From Haliotis rufescens (taxonomy: Eukaryota), in contig NW_025963957.1 of the NCBI RefSeq assembly GCF_023055435.1, positions 1,984,001-2,048,000 of the forward strand: 64,000 nucleotides of DNA, written 5' to 3'. A model generated the notes under the pieces. It made no database searches and was not told the origin of the DNA. It worked only from the letters and a program-made list of their open reading frames with translations. Each line of letters begins with the position of its first letter. Position 1 is the stretch's first letter. Of this stretch, positions 24,834 to 36,772 are shown in pieces. Position numbers and translations under genes: made by a program.

Positions 24834-25983
24834 TGCGTGCGTGTGTGCGTGTGTGTGCATGTGTGTGTGTGTGTGTGCAGGTGCAGGTGCGTGTTATCTA
24901 TTTGTGACACCTGTGTTAGATATGACCTATAGTTGGTTATTGTAGGGACGTTACCCTATAATCTGCCAGCGGCCGTAAGTTAATATGTCACGCTCGTGTG
25001 TGTTCATGTTTCAGGCTATCCTTTGTAGCATTTGGCTACGCACTGCTCTCTTAACACTAGACAGCAGCTGCACGCATACATACAATAGTGATCACGCGCA
25101 CCATGACAACACAACACAACCCGTTCAAACATGAGCAGGTAGCACAACACCCTGTGCTGTATAGTTACCTTTTCGTACTTATGCACTGTCATTTCGAGTG
25201 CCTCAGGTTCGCCGTTGTTATAGTTGAGAGGGGTGCCTTAGGTTTGTCTGCTGGTATGAAATATTGGACTTTAACAGCCCTGTATCGTCGGCCCTAAAGA
25301 CGTATTGCATTAAATGTCAACCTATCGTCGAGCCTAAACGGTTCTGCAGAATGTCGTCCCTGAGGCGTGTCAGAAACCTATGATCGTTGTTTCGAATCCC
25401 TGTTCGCTCTGTTCATTACACCTCCGCGGCTAAGTCATAGAGCGTCTGCCCAGAGAGCGGAAGGTCGGGGGTTGTCTACCTGCCTAACGCTCGCTCGGCA
25501 TTCATGGGATAAAACATGGACTAGTACACACACGACTTTCCACATTGAGCTCAAATGTGGTATAACTGAAAATACTGAATTAATGTATAAAGCGACGTTA
25601 CATCAAACCCAGTCATTCACTTTATAGATGCTCATGTGTTCATCACCTAGCTGAAGTTTATCTCCAAAGGACTTACCTTCTAAACAGGCATCTTCATCGG
25701 GCGTAGCTGCAAGTTTCTCCTCTATGTGTGGCTGGATTTCTCTTACAATGTCACAGAAACGTTTATACGCGTTCAGATTTTGTGGTTTTCGTTTCAGCGC
25801 GAACAGTAGTCTTTCCACCTTTTCAGGTTCAGGAGAAATACTTTTGATTAGTTTATACTCGCTGTCGTTCAGTGTGCCATTTTGGAACAGGCCGTTAAGA
25901 ATGTCACCGCCATCTTCCAACTGAAGCTCACTTTTAAGATAGACCCAATTCTTCATTATCCTGCGCCATTCCTTGGAATCCAT
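14874..25983 (-). CDS. SAMD9: SAMD9/SAMD9L-family STAND NTPase with N-terminal CARD and RFX-like winged-helix domains (5 coding exons, about 1794 aa)
   Basis: Exons 25983-25677 (307 nt, donor GTAAGT), 21833-21614 (220 nt, U12 donor GTATCCTTT), 21466-21420 (47 nt, donor GTACGT), 21106-16371 (4736 nt, donor GTGATT) and 14948-14874 (75 nt, acceptor tactaattttacag, ends TAG). Total 5385 nt, intron phases 1,2,1,0 all compatible, no stops in the joined frame. The symbol indicates family membership, not 1:1 orthology. Confidence 0.8.
15028..16173 (-). mobile_element. Decayed Tc1/mariner element in the last intron of the SAMD9-like gene
   Basis: Inverted ends aaaagaaacgcaa (about 15040) and ttgcgtttctttt (about 16150). 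Remnants VTRELGCHVTTVTR, HHRWRSAQWYQVVFSDEF and GSVMV. Confidence 0.7.
16263..21106 (-). CDS. SAMD9: Main exon of the SAMD9-like gene: SAM, AlbA_2-like, SIR2-like, P-loop NTPase, TPR, OB-fold
   Basis: SAM (ECITGEVFLSLKETDINELFPSLKFGHKRALL); AlbA (FAAACMNDRINGTIYFG...RDPTFVEV...YVVEIDVVP); AIFDFDPES and WTFCNG; FFRGGEVDWWNF; Walker A HQPGAGGTTSARQILWDL; Walker B LVLIDN; C-terminal VYFVLGFGWSGPKAYDV. These are all SAMD9-family hallmarks. The ORF reads on to 16263 but probably splices at 16371. Confidence 0.95.
21420..21833 (-). CDS. Two small exons encoding an RFX-like winged-helix domain
   Basis: Joined translation ADQPQTEDVVRGALLDRFINRKGSTCPLPDVKAVIKECVTSAGVNYDWGDKQLRDLITQVFTDATWQQRSKREIPYLRNLQIRPSQTPT. 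By eye it resembles the RFX/D5 winged-helix pattern. It is absent from the ORF track. Confidence 0.65.
21467..21613 (-). other. U12-type (minor spliceosome) GT-AG intron, 147 nt
   Basis: 5' site GTATCCTTT at 21613-21605; branch site TTTCCTTAAC at 21485-21476; AG about 10 nt downstream with no pyrimidine tract; removal restores the reading frame. Confidence 0.85.
21928..22090 (-). mobile_element. SINE family 2 fragment
   Basis: gtgagtgag tail, gggtatggtgct core, accgggattcgaacc B-box. Confidence 0.65.
22137..22224 (-). pseudogene. Dead duplicate of the 5' half of the winged-helix exon
   Basis: Same acceptor gtcatag, then DQPQA*YVVRETLVDRVINREGSPCPLS, compared with DQPQTEDVVRGALLDRFINRKGSTCPLP in the live exon; in-frame TAA. 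Confidence 0.75.
22500..22880 (+). mobile_element. Highly decayed Tc1 remnant
   Basis: MPRL...AMGCLEAG...VALHLHVH paired-like start and a decayed SPDLNPIEHLW-like segment (ccagatcctgaccccatagaacatttg). Confidence 0.55.
22901..24345 (+). mobile_element. Tc1 (DD34E) DNA transposon, frameshifted
   Basis: 26-bp TIRs tactgaaccaaattaaaaacttcaca / tgtgaagtttttaatttgactcagta flanked by TA. Transposase starts at ATG 23202 (MPRLS...GRPRVT), frameshift at the FSDE motif (about 23645), FQHDNARPH to SPDFNPIE spaced D34E. Confidence 0.95.
24800..24892. repeat. (GT)n/(GCGT)n microsatellite
   Basis: Directly visible. Confidence 0.9.
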
Positions 25984-25987
25984 ATTC
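25677..25987 (-). CDS. CARD (death-fold) exon, first coding exon of the SAMD9-like gene
   Basis: MDSKEWRRIMKNWVYLKSELQL...ILNGLFQNGTLNDSEYKLI...KVERLLFALKRK...AYKRFCDIV...HIEEKL fits the six-helix CARD pattern. Acceptor tttcag lies 4 nt before the ATG; phase-1 donor GTAAGT at 25676. Confidence 0.85.
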
Positions 25988-28900
25988 CTGAAATATGACC
26001 TCGATCAGTTATTAATGTAAACTAATGACATGGTAGGGTGGACGATCCATTTCTTGATTACTATTGTAGCAACGTTTCCGTTTACTTTATAACATCGTTA
26101 TGAAGCAACTGAAAATTTGAGGTTATTGTCCAAAAGAAGTTCAAATTATCTAATGTTATGTGGTAGTATACATTGTAATTCAGTTATAATGATTGTTAGT
26201 GTCGTTACTGTTGTAGCTAGTTTTTGCTGTCCACGGCTCGTAATTTAGAGTTACCTTCTAAATGCCATCCAATGATCTTGTTAATCATTATGTTTAAAAT
26301 TTCAGGATCGAGACATCGTGTGATTCCAGATACAGATATAAAACATATGTAACCGATATTTCTTAAATTTTATATTGTCACCGTTCTCGCCCATGAGGTT
26401 TTCAAAGCATATAGCGACGACTCGATTTACATTTTACATTTTACATCATACCAAAAAACAAACTGGAATTCACAAACGGAATAGTCTCTTATCAAAATCT
26501 ACTATCGCCTTTTGAATTCGGCCTATCGTCTACGTACGGTCTAATTTGCATGATTTGTATCAAACATGAATTAAAACGATCTTTTCCGCATTTGCCTATT
26601 TTAATTACTTTTTTTAGTAAATGTAGTTGCGGGTTTATCACATCGACATATCTCGATTGTTCCTTATAGTCTTAACATTTCCAGGAAATGTTCCCAAGAA
26701 AATCTGACCTAATTACACAACGCAACAATCTATTGTGAAGTCGGCCCAGGTTACGTTTATCAACGTTGTTTGTAGATAACTCGACTGTGTTTTCGGTGTA
26801 TAGCAAGACCGACAGTAGATTTTATCAAAAAAAACCCTCATTAAACCTCACATCTACGGGGAACAAACAATACAAATATAACCACAGCATGTCTATATCC
26901 GTAATTTGCTCAGTTCTATTAAAACTTGGTAAGATATTCATATAGTGCTCGGTCATTGAGTGTATTGATGTTAATATACCATGCTAACAACAAACACATT
27001 TGGGCATTAGATTATGCCTTCTATCCAGATCTCATTTGTCATGCTTTACTCTATTTGGTAACTGACAGATTAAGAAAACAAATGAGCAACGATGCAAGAT
27101 GTCCGGGCACGATGACCCACATTCAGCCACAATTGTAGGGCGACACCCCGGTTATACTACCTTCTTTCCACCCGTCTGTCTGTCAGGTTTGTGTCCTGTC
27201 CAGTAAGATGTCCATTTCTAATCGGACAACCACTCGGTGTATATTCTCCAGTGTTATGGCTCACTCCTATCCGAGTGTCGTTCCAGCTAAAGAGATCTAC
27301 TTCTTGGAAACCATGTTACGCAATCAGTCATGTATTTATAACTGTGTAGTTTAGCCAAACCCCATAACATGTACAAACGTGTAGAGGTCGCGCTGATTAC
27401 AAAGAAGTCCTATCTCTCAGTGTGCACTTCTCGCGTTACTTCACTTCAGTCCGAGAAGACATCGGGGACCAGTTCAAAGGTTCGATATCGGATATAAAAC
27501 TTAATTCCTTAAGCTTTGGGGCATAAAAATACTTTAATTCAGAAATGTTGCAGTCCGGAGTTTCGTAACCATTTCCGGGCTGTTAAACTCGACTGGCGAC
27601 ATTAGTTCCCTGAATCCTAAACCTAAAAGTCTTATGACCAATTAAATTGTATTTGAATATACTATATAGTCCATCTAGACAATCTAGAACGCAAATCCCT
27701 TATATAGTTTTACCCTATCTGTTTGCGTAATGTGTGAGCGGCCATATTGCTTACCTTACATCCACCTTGCTTGTGAATGCTGTTAGTTATCCGAGTAACA
27801 TATGTATGTAATATAACACTAGTATATCGATATTCCCCATGTCCTCTTGTGTTAAGACTGAACGGTCGACCTTTCCAGGTAACGTGATGTGTTCAAGTAC
27901 CAGGAAATAGGTTACGTACCTGAGCTATTGTTATGTCATCGATCCGGGTGTCACGCGCTTATCAGTCATAGCCTTGTGTTGAATAAGGATTATAATTGAA
28001 GTATTTGTCGTGCACAAATTCATTATTAATATACCAAAAAACAAGTTCCCGCTCTTACACTACCTGAGGAACCTGACACTCCACTGTGATACACAATGTT
28101 TCCTCACCTGTCATATTTTCTAAACAGTAAAATTGCTGACTACAGCGTATTCTTCTCCGACGACCATGCAGTGAAACGTGATACTTAGATCTCGTTTAAC
28201 CGTGTTTAACGTGGCCGGATAAACGACAATGTTTCAATTACTGAGAAAATATGTTTGAAGTGAAATAATACATTACTTAAATACAGTACATGTTTATACT
28301 TTTCAATGAATACTAAAGCACTGCCATACAGAACTAAGATGAATACAGTTCATCGTAACTTACAATTACAAATACTTCAACACGTAAGCTTCCTTTGGGA
28401 TTCCGTATTAGAAAAGGGCATTAAACAATATTGACGTAACTTGGGGACTTGGTTGGTTTTGTGCCATTGTGCACTGGCAGCGTGACACGTTACTTAGAAT
28501 ATGAATCACTGGTTTGTCTGACCCAGACTTAATTGTTTACAGGCCGCCGTGCGTTATAGAATATAAACAACAGAAGCTTCACACCTGATATTGTTGGCTT
28601 GATTAATATGTAAGACATTGATTTGCGAATACATGTATATTCATGGCTTCGCGGTTATTGTGAGGTCATATATGAGGTATATATTGCGTTTACAAGAGGA
28701 TAAATCAGTTTGAAGTTCAAGTATATACAAAATCATCATATGCTATGCTCAGTTATAGTAGAGGAACTCGCAATATGCATGTAGCAAAAACAGGTGCGTA
28801 GCTTGGGGTAGTTAAAACGTAAGCAAACGTGTTACCGTACATATTTGTCTTGAACACTTATAGACATCCCAGTCGTGGAAATAACACATTGTAAGTGTAG

Positions 28901-31900
28901 AATAGTTTGATGGTTATTATAATAATCCAACCCAAATAAAAGCGACAAAACCCTTTCCATATTTAATAAAAAACTCTACTAATAGCAGAGTCGATAGCAC
29001 GAGTCCGACTTATCATGACTAGTGTTTGAGAATCACTTTCAAATAGTGATGACACCAGGTGTTCGCGAAAGGTGGGCGTACCCCGCCCCACCGGTGTCAC
29101 CCGTCATAAACACATACAAAAAAACTAATGCTACTCGCAAACACAACAATATCGAACCAACTCATCAACGACAATTTTCACACGGGGTCAAACAGGAAAC
29201 AAACCAAAGATCAAGTAACTGTTTTGTAACAGTTGCAAAGTGTAAGCACTTGCTTTTGTATTACGTAACAGCTATGTCACAGAAGAACCGGATGAGAATC
29301 GGATATTGCAAGGTCACATTTTGTTTGTGTGTGATCCAACCCTGACACTATGGACTTGATTGCTTGAGTCCGAACGGAAACTTACTGACTCTTGCGTAGA
29401 ACAACAGCCACGCATTCCTTCAGCCAACAACCGTATGTCATCCCGCATGTCATTACGATTCAACAAAGAGCAAATAGATGTATGCCGAATTGTAAACCTA
29501 TAGAAAGTCACGACTCTCTTGTAAGGTTTGGCAGCATGGTCGCGTCTCGGCAACTCGGAAGAGTCTAAACTGCGAAAAGGGGTGTAAGCTTTGAAGGCAA
29601 CATAAGTGAAATACTTAATTGTTACTTATATGAAAGTGAATGCAGCTTGCAAATTGTAATTAAACTGAATTAAATTGAATTTAAATGTGAAAACTTTGTT
29701 TTTATTTCTGATTTGATAAGCCAAACAAGCCAATGTTATTGAATAAAAACATAGGTCAATTCACCCTTCCTGCAAATAGAACAGCTCAACCTTTTCGGAT
29801 CGTTTCAAATTCTCAAAAGAAATAGGATTTTCATTTATTTTTTTGATAAACCTAGTTTTCATGGATTTTTGAGAAATAATAAAAATAGAATTAAAATATG
29901 GAAGTAATAATCAAACAAAGCATTAATGAAAATAAATTTCTTCCTAATGGATGAAGTCACACAAGTTTCCCCCTCTTGTCAAGTGGTAGCAGCCACGTGC
30001 ACCATGGCAACGATAGAACTTTTCATTCGAGCCCCACAAGCTAACGGTTTCGGGTCTCGAGATGAATTTCCAAGATGCAAATACTCGATAAAATCCCGGA
30101 AAAAGACACACATATAGTATTTATCTTCTAAATGAAACTGTGCATTTTAGCATATACAGCCATGTTAACGTTAATATAATTAACCACTACCTTCCAACAA
30201 ATCTCCTCTACCAGTAATATACAACACTAATTCGTTGGTTGGTTACTGTTAAATGTATTGTGTGACTTGGGCCGTATAAAAGGTCTATTTGTGCCCAAAA
30301 CATCAACTGGTTTTAAACAAGAACAATGAAATTCGTGAAGATACGTATGTATAATGATTCACCTATCTGATTCAAGAACCATGTATTTATTCAAAACCGC
30401 AAGTAAAAACGATATCATTTATTAACAGCGGGTACCCTTTCCATGAAAGAAAAGCAGACCAGACAACGGCAATTCTGCAGAGGAAAGAGTTACCTCCCTT
30501 ATACCACTTGCGCAATAAAAAGGCCAGCCTCGCCTATCAGCATGAGTTGTACATGGGGAAGTAAGAATTATGCAGGAAGCATGTCATGATACGGATATCA
30601 CGTCGTTTTAAATGATAACTGTACTTATCTTACAAATTAAACCGAGGAGCAAAAACAAACTATATCTCTCAATTAATTATATTATGTGTCTCAAGTGAGC
30701 GATATCATGTCCAAAAATGAACTGTGGTGGCACTTAGTCAGCACCCAAAGTATACATCTACATGGTTCTATTTAAAAAAAAAATAATTTGATTGAAAAAT
30801 TTAAAAAACCTTTTCTGCGCATCCTTTGCATGTTCATGTGTTACCCCAGTCTTCATTGAACCAATTGTATTTTTTACACAAAATTACCCATCCACAGAAT
30901 ATTTTTTACAACCTGCTGCAGCAATGAGTGATGAATAAATAGATGTAATCAAATTTAACAACAGATCTTTCAATTCTCAATTACATAAAAAACAACCTCG
31001 GTATACTCTCTGTTGCCCACCAGTTCTTTATCATTATCAAGAAAAAATTGAAACATCGTAAATTGATTGATCGTACTTGTCATGGTTATTAATTAGAGTT
31101 TAATTTGTGTGTGTCATTGTTGCGTTGGATTCAAAGTAAGCTTTACTTTGAGGCTCTTTATCCTTAGTAAAACCACAATAACATTTCATTGTCAACTCTT
31201 GGACCTATCGTTTGATATTCGGGGGAGGGGATTTGTTTGAAGAAGACAAAAAACACCCTGTCCTTGATGCATCAGTCGGTATTAAAGTCGAAGACCTATA
31301 TACTTGGAACTTACTGACTGGAAGACATTCATGCATTGAGTGCGTGCGTGCGTGAGTGAGTGTGTGAGCGAGTGAGCGAGCGAGACTGAGCGTGTGACTA
31401 TATACAGCTGAGTGAAAAGAAAACTAAAACTCAATTTCTCCTTTGTGTATATCCGGATTTTGCAGTTCCAAGTTTACAAATTGGTCTGCTATTCCTTATC
31501 AAGGGATCCCAACATGAGCTCCAACTAAATATAGTTCACACACTAGTATACAGCGCTATGGACATAGTGTCACATGTACACCTGTCCTCTCCTTGAAGGC
31601 GTTTAACTCCCGCCACTACATCGGTATCCTTGTAAAATGCAAAAGATAGAGTTACACCCCTTTGACCGCATTGGGATACACGCTCTACAAGAAGATAATT
31701 ATCAAGTGGAAACAATTAATCGAACAAAGAAGATAAAATCAACACAAGTCTACACCAATAAACGGGTAAACACAGGTACATCGAACGACGTGGACAGGTA
31801 CGTAAAAGTTACCAAAAACGCCATACAAAGGCGGTTGCGAGGCATCACACATGCATTTTTGTAATGACTGATTGTTTAATATTAGTTTATATAGCAACTG

Positions 31901-32010
31901 AATCTTAAAATTATATATTTCTATACATTTAAGTCTGCGGTCCATTATACAAATACCTTCAAACAATACAGTGGTTCCCAAGGTGACTATCAAGACGTAT
32001 ACCGTGGATA

Positions 32011-32080
32011 TCGGGAATCGAACCCGGGTCTTCGGCGTGACGAGCGAACGCTTTAACCACTAGGCTACCCGACCGCCCCG
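32011..32080 (-). mobile_element. SINE family 1 head fragment
   Basis: tRNA-like head only. Confidence 0.75.
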
Positions 32081-32568
32081 TATGACATTCAGGGTCTTAG
32101 ATCCTGGAGGTAATGCATACGTTATATAAACATGTTTGTTTTATTTAGGAGATAAATGTACAGAGCTTCCAATGCAGAGCAAGGTTATCTGTAGCCCTAT
32201 CTCGTCACGGTGCCGATGCGACGTTAAATATTAACTCACTCACTCACTGCAGCCCTGTATTGAAGTTGGAACAGGACACGCGGCCTGGGGTTTCAAATGT
32301 CATGTTTAGCAGTAGTAAATCTACAATTAACCGGGCTCTACGTTGAAAACACGATGTGCTTATCTCCATTCTACCATGCTTAATTAAAACGTGAAGTGTC
32401 TAGTGTTAGCTGATATATTGAGTAAAGCTGCATTGGTCAAAGTCATAGTAGAATATCATCATATTATTTCTTTTGTCCTTTTGTCCTTCTTGAACAACTG
32501 GTCATGTCGCAGGTTAGCATTGTTGTGGATGTACTGTGCCTGATCCAGTTAAACTTCAAATATATGTC

Positions 32569-32731
32569 GGGCGGTCGGGTAGCCTAGTTGTTAAAGCGTT
32601 AGCTCGTCACGCCTAAGACCCGGGTTCGATTCCCGACATGGGTATAATGTGTGAAGCCCATTTTTGGTGTCCCCCGCCATGATATTGCTGGAATATTGCT
32701 AAAAGCGGCGTAAAACCGAACTCACTCACTC
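32569..32731 (+). mobile_element. SINE family 1
   Basis: Full-length copy with (actc)n tail; caaatatatgtc flanks both sides (TSD). Confidence 0.9.
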
Positions 32732-34025
32732 AAATATATGTCAAGCTCCAAGCAAGTAGAAATGCACTTTACTCCCTCTTGCTCTCTGTATGTCGATAAA
32801 TGTAGCCCAACGACCCATGTTTTCATTTGATTACATGACGTATAGAATACATACAACATACTTATATATGTGGTATTATCGATATGCCAGTCCTGAATGG
32901 GAGATGTGGCTCCGAATTGGTATTAGGCGATTTCACATTCATAGACCCTTCTGGGTCAATTGACCATATTATTATGTCAATCTCATTAAAATCAGATCTT
33001 AGTTGTTGCTACCGCTACACAAAGATCTCATGACATCCCGTTGCGGGTCATGTCAGAACGACCTTTCATCTGACCAATCAGAGCATCGCTTATCAGATCA
33101 TGAACGCGACAGTTGGGATGTGATTTTTGATCGGGCAACCCCGAAAAAACACAAACAGGGTATACCGACCGACAGTTATGAGCTTTATGTCTTTATTCAT
33201 TAGTCGTAGCGCTAAGATCCCTTTGTGCAAGTGGGCCCATACTCATTATGCAGTGTGATTACATGTATTTATCAGCTTCTGTGGCTGCACTCATCAAGCG
33301 TAGACTTTATGACCGTAAATAATGCCACAACTATATTGCTTTATTAACATCTCATGTTCTTAACTATTTGAATATCTTTATTTATTATGCCTCAAAGTGA
33401 GTTTGACCAATCAGAGAACAGAGCTACTAACCCCATATGAACCCGTATACCGTCAGTAAAATTCCAAGATGGTTGATACTGACCTAATATGAGACCTATA
33501 CCGTCAGTAACAGCCATTTGGGATTTTCCAACACCCACCTCACATATTTCACATGAAAATTCTGGTACAGAAATTCGTTATTCGACACTGTTTTGTGTTT
33601 GAATATCATTAAATTTGATGTGCAAGGATGTTAATGGGTTTTTTTTTTATCACATTCATGACTTCAATAAAGATTATATAAAGTTAAAATTATCAACAAG
33701 GTTTGGCCTCTGAGGTTTGAAGAGTAGTCTCCCTTTGACCCTTAACGTCTTAGGTTGTAAGTGTTAAGTTTTTAGTTTTAAGTTTTGACATTACATGTGC
33801 GACAAAGATACCAAATGGTGTAAACTTTTCGGCATAATAAATTCGTTATGGTATTTTTCTGCTAACCTAATATGGCACCGTATACAGCAACCATAACTAA
33901 TAACATGTAATATATGCTGCCCGATTCGTTCATGACTGTCTCTATGGTTACTCTGTTATTCCAAGACATTGACTTTGGTCATATGGGGGATCGGGTGTTT
34001 GTTGGCTTTCTCTTATTAGTACATA

Positions 34026-34192
34026 GGGGCTATCGGGTAGCTTAGTGGTTAAAGCGTTCGCTCGTCACGCCGAAGACCCGGGTTCGATTCTCGACATTGG
34101 TACAATGTGTGAAGCCCATTTCTGGTGTCCCCCGCCGTGATATTGCTGGAATATTGCTAAAAGCGGCGTAAAACCATACTCACTCACTCACT
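34026..34192 (+). mobile_element. SINE family 1
   Basis: Full-length copy with A/B boxes and (actc)n tail. Confidence 0.9.
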
Positions 34193-34291
34193 TAGTAGTA
34201 TATATCATTTATACAGGTAACATGTCCCTTGGTATTTTGGCACTAAGTAGAGCTTCTAATATTTTAAACCGTAATACGGTTATTAGTGTCT

Positions 34292-34555
34292 TGTTTGCTT
34301 GTTTGTTGTTTAACGCTGCACTCAGCAATATTCCAGCTATATGACGGCGGTCTGTAAATAATCGAGTCAGACCAGACAATCCAGTGATAAATATCATGAG
34401 CATCGATCCACGCAATTGGGATCGATGACATGCATCAGCCATGTCAGCGAGCCTGACCACCCGATCCCGTTAGTCGTCTCTTACGACAAGAATAGTCGCT
34501 TTTTACGGCAAGCATGGCATGCTGAAGACCTATTCTACCCCGGATCTTCACGGGC
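34292..34555 (-). mobile_element. SINE-like repeat, family 4
   Basis: Homologous to 46003-46190 (gtcagcgagcctgaccacccgatcccgttagtcg); (aaac)n tail and 3' end shared with families 1 and 2. Confidence 0.7.
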
Positions 34556-35204
34556 CTACTTTTCAATGAATTGCAGTGCTATACTTTTCAATGAATTGAA
34601 AAACACTGCCATACTGAACTATGATGAATACAGTTCATCATCCTTATTATTACAAATACTTCAAAACGTAAGGTTCCTTTGGGATTCCGTATTAGACCTA
34701 TTCTACCCCGGATCTTCAAGGGTCTATTAGTGTCTACTGGGACCCAGTCGGGCTGGCGCGTATACCGTTTATTGTGATATTTTAACATTTTCCTTTTCTT
34801 TCTTCTGTAACGAAAGATATTCTGATGATAGTTAACAAAAATGTATTCTAAATGCTGCTTTGTATAAACCTGTGAGGCATTATATGCATGTGCGTTTTGT
34901 CAATTATTATAACCTCTATTTTAACAAGTTCAACCCTACAACTGAAACACGTCAGTAAACCAACATTTTTTACACTGTTAAAAACTCAAAACGTCATACT
35001 GTGGTGCTTAGAATGTTACTTAAATCATCAAGGACTTCCCTGTAATTGACATAAACTTTGTGTTTTAAGTTATTTAGATGTTGCCACGTCATATTTCATA
35101 ATTTCTTCTTCCAAATCAAGTGTTAATGATTAATTAACATCTTTACAAATAAACAAAATGAATATCTGATGAAACGTTGAAAGGATATTTACTGATTCGA
35201 ATTA

Positions 35205-35468
35205 ATAGTCGTCTAAGGCGCCGCAATTCGGTGTGCAGAGTTGCGTCCCTTGGCTAAGCCAGAAACCTATGATTGTGGGTTCAAATCCCGGTTCGCCCCG
35301 ATTATGTTTCTAGGTTTGTCAGCACCATACCCGTGCTCGTGGGTTTCACCGAAATGGTAAACGTTTGAGACTTGCATCACTTCGGGCTTTCCTCCCACAT
35401 TAAGTTGACACGCTATGATATAACTGGAATACTGTTAAAAGCGGCGTTAAGCACAGCTCACTCACTCA
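35205..35468 (+). mobile_element. tRNA(Leu)-like SINE, family 2
   Basis: agtcgtctaaggcgc...gtgggttcaaatccc head, (actc)n tail. Confidence 0.8.
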
Positions 35469-36034
35469 GTCTAAAGTATGGAGCAGGCCTTATTTAGTTC
35501 AGGGAGGCTATTTTACATGTAGGACCCCAAAACACTAAAACAGGTGTCGCGTGTAAGTTCAGTGACAAGGACACGACATAACTGTCAGTAATGACATTAA
35601 ATGTTCTCATCCGTCACAGCCAGGTCACCTTGCGTCTTAGACGTCCCAAACTCGCTACGCTTGACAGGCTCAGCAGCTGATAGGATGGAATAAACACAAC
35701 GATGATGAGGACGCGGTTATCTATAATACACCAAAATGGTGACGTCATCTGTCGCCATGTTGGCGTCAGTTGCGTATGTGGATTAATGCCATATGCCAAC
35801 CTGTACAGCGAGGTATTGTGATGGCTCCATTAATTCTCCACAGCGACAAATGAATTAATCGGTACTTCAATGTAGAGGAAACTTTGACGAAAATCTCAAA
35901 AACCCATCCTCAAATATCAATATAGTTTTTAAATGTGACAATTCTCTTATTAATATTTTCTTAATAATTTGATAATATGACGGCAAGGTTTGACCAACGC
36001 AACATGAAAATATAATACACACACTGAGTTTTAT

Positions 36035-36400
36035 CTTTTGAAGTATAATCGAGCATGCTCTTTCTACGAAGGTTTCAGACAGCGTTATACACTCTTGCTC
36101 AAAATTTGCTTGGTGAGGTTTGTAAAGTTTTCAACGGTTTATGGTTGGCAGCTGGAGGACATTTCCAAATGTGACGCATCAGTGACAAAAACGATGTCCA
36201 ATGCAATTCCCTTATTTTCACGTGTACCACATGTTCCCGGTAAACAACTCACTTGCCTTTGCATGTGTTTGTGACGGAGCAGGCTACGATCACCTTTTCG
36301 CGAACACCCAGTATCATCACTATTTGATAGTGATTCAAACACACACAATAGAGCCGGAATCGTAAATCGACTCTGCTTCAGGCAGAGGTTGCTTATGACT
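36035..36400 (+). mobile_element. Penelope-like element 3' fragment
   Basis: Homologous to 43030-43390 and 47950-48140 (ggaggacatttccaaatgtgacgcatc). Confidence 0.6.
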
Positions 36401-36556
36401 ATGAAAAGGTTTTGCGTTTTATTTCCTCTTAACAAGCTACGCTATCTGAACCACTTCACATTTAAAGTGACAAAAATACATCTAAACCATTATTTTGCTG
36501 TTATGAAGAGAAACTTGAGTTCACCAAGATCACATGGGAAACTCAGCCTTTAATAA

Positions 36557-36720
36557 ACATAAGAAAGAGAATTTATGCATGTCAACTTCTTTATTATGAG
36601 GAAACACAACGTTTCGAAGTATATGCTTACTCCATTCACCTGATGAGAAATAATCATATACTCCGAAACGTTGTTTTTCCTCATAATAAAGTTGACATCC
36701 ATAAATTCTCTTTCTTATGT
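36557..36720. repeat. About 165-bp inverted repeat containing a Penelope-type minimal hammerhead-like core
   Basis: Arms acataagaaagagaatttatg...caacgtttcg and cgaaacgttg...cataaattctctttcttatgt. CTGATGA at 36640-36646 and GAAACGTTG at 36665. Confidence 0.65.
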
Positions 36721-36772
36721 GTATCACTTCTAAATGCCTTTCAAAGACTTCAGTGATACATGAGTACATACA

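Noticed and set aside
27400-29700. IRF/ISRE-like GAAAGTGAA motifs and a candidate 5'UTR donor (about 27755) for the SAMD9-like gene
   Set aside because: Short motifs are expected by chance in AT-rich DNA, and the TSS cannot be placed without transcript data.
31400-31870. Possible Tc1-like remnant (TGTSNDVDR)
   Set aside because: Too degenerate; no matching second TIR found.
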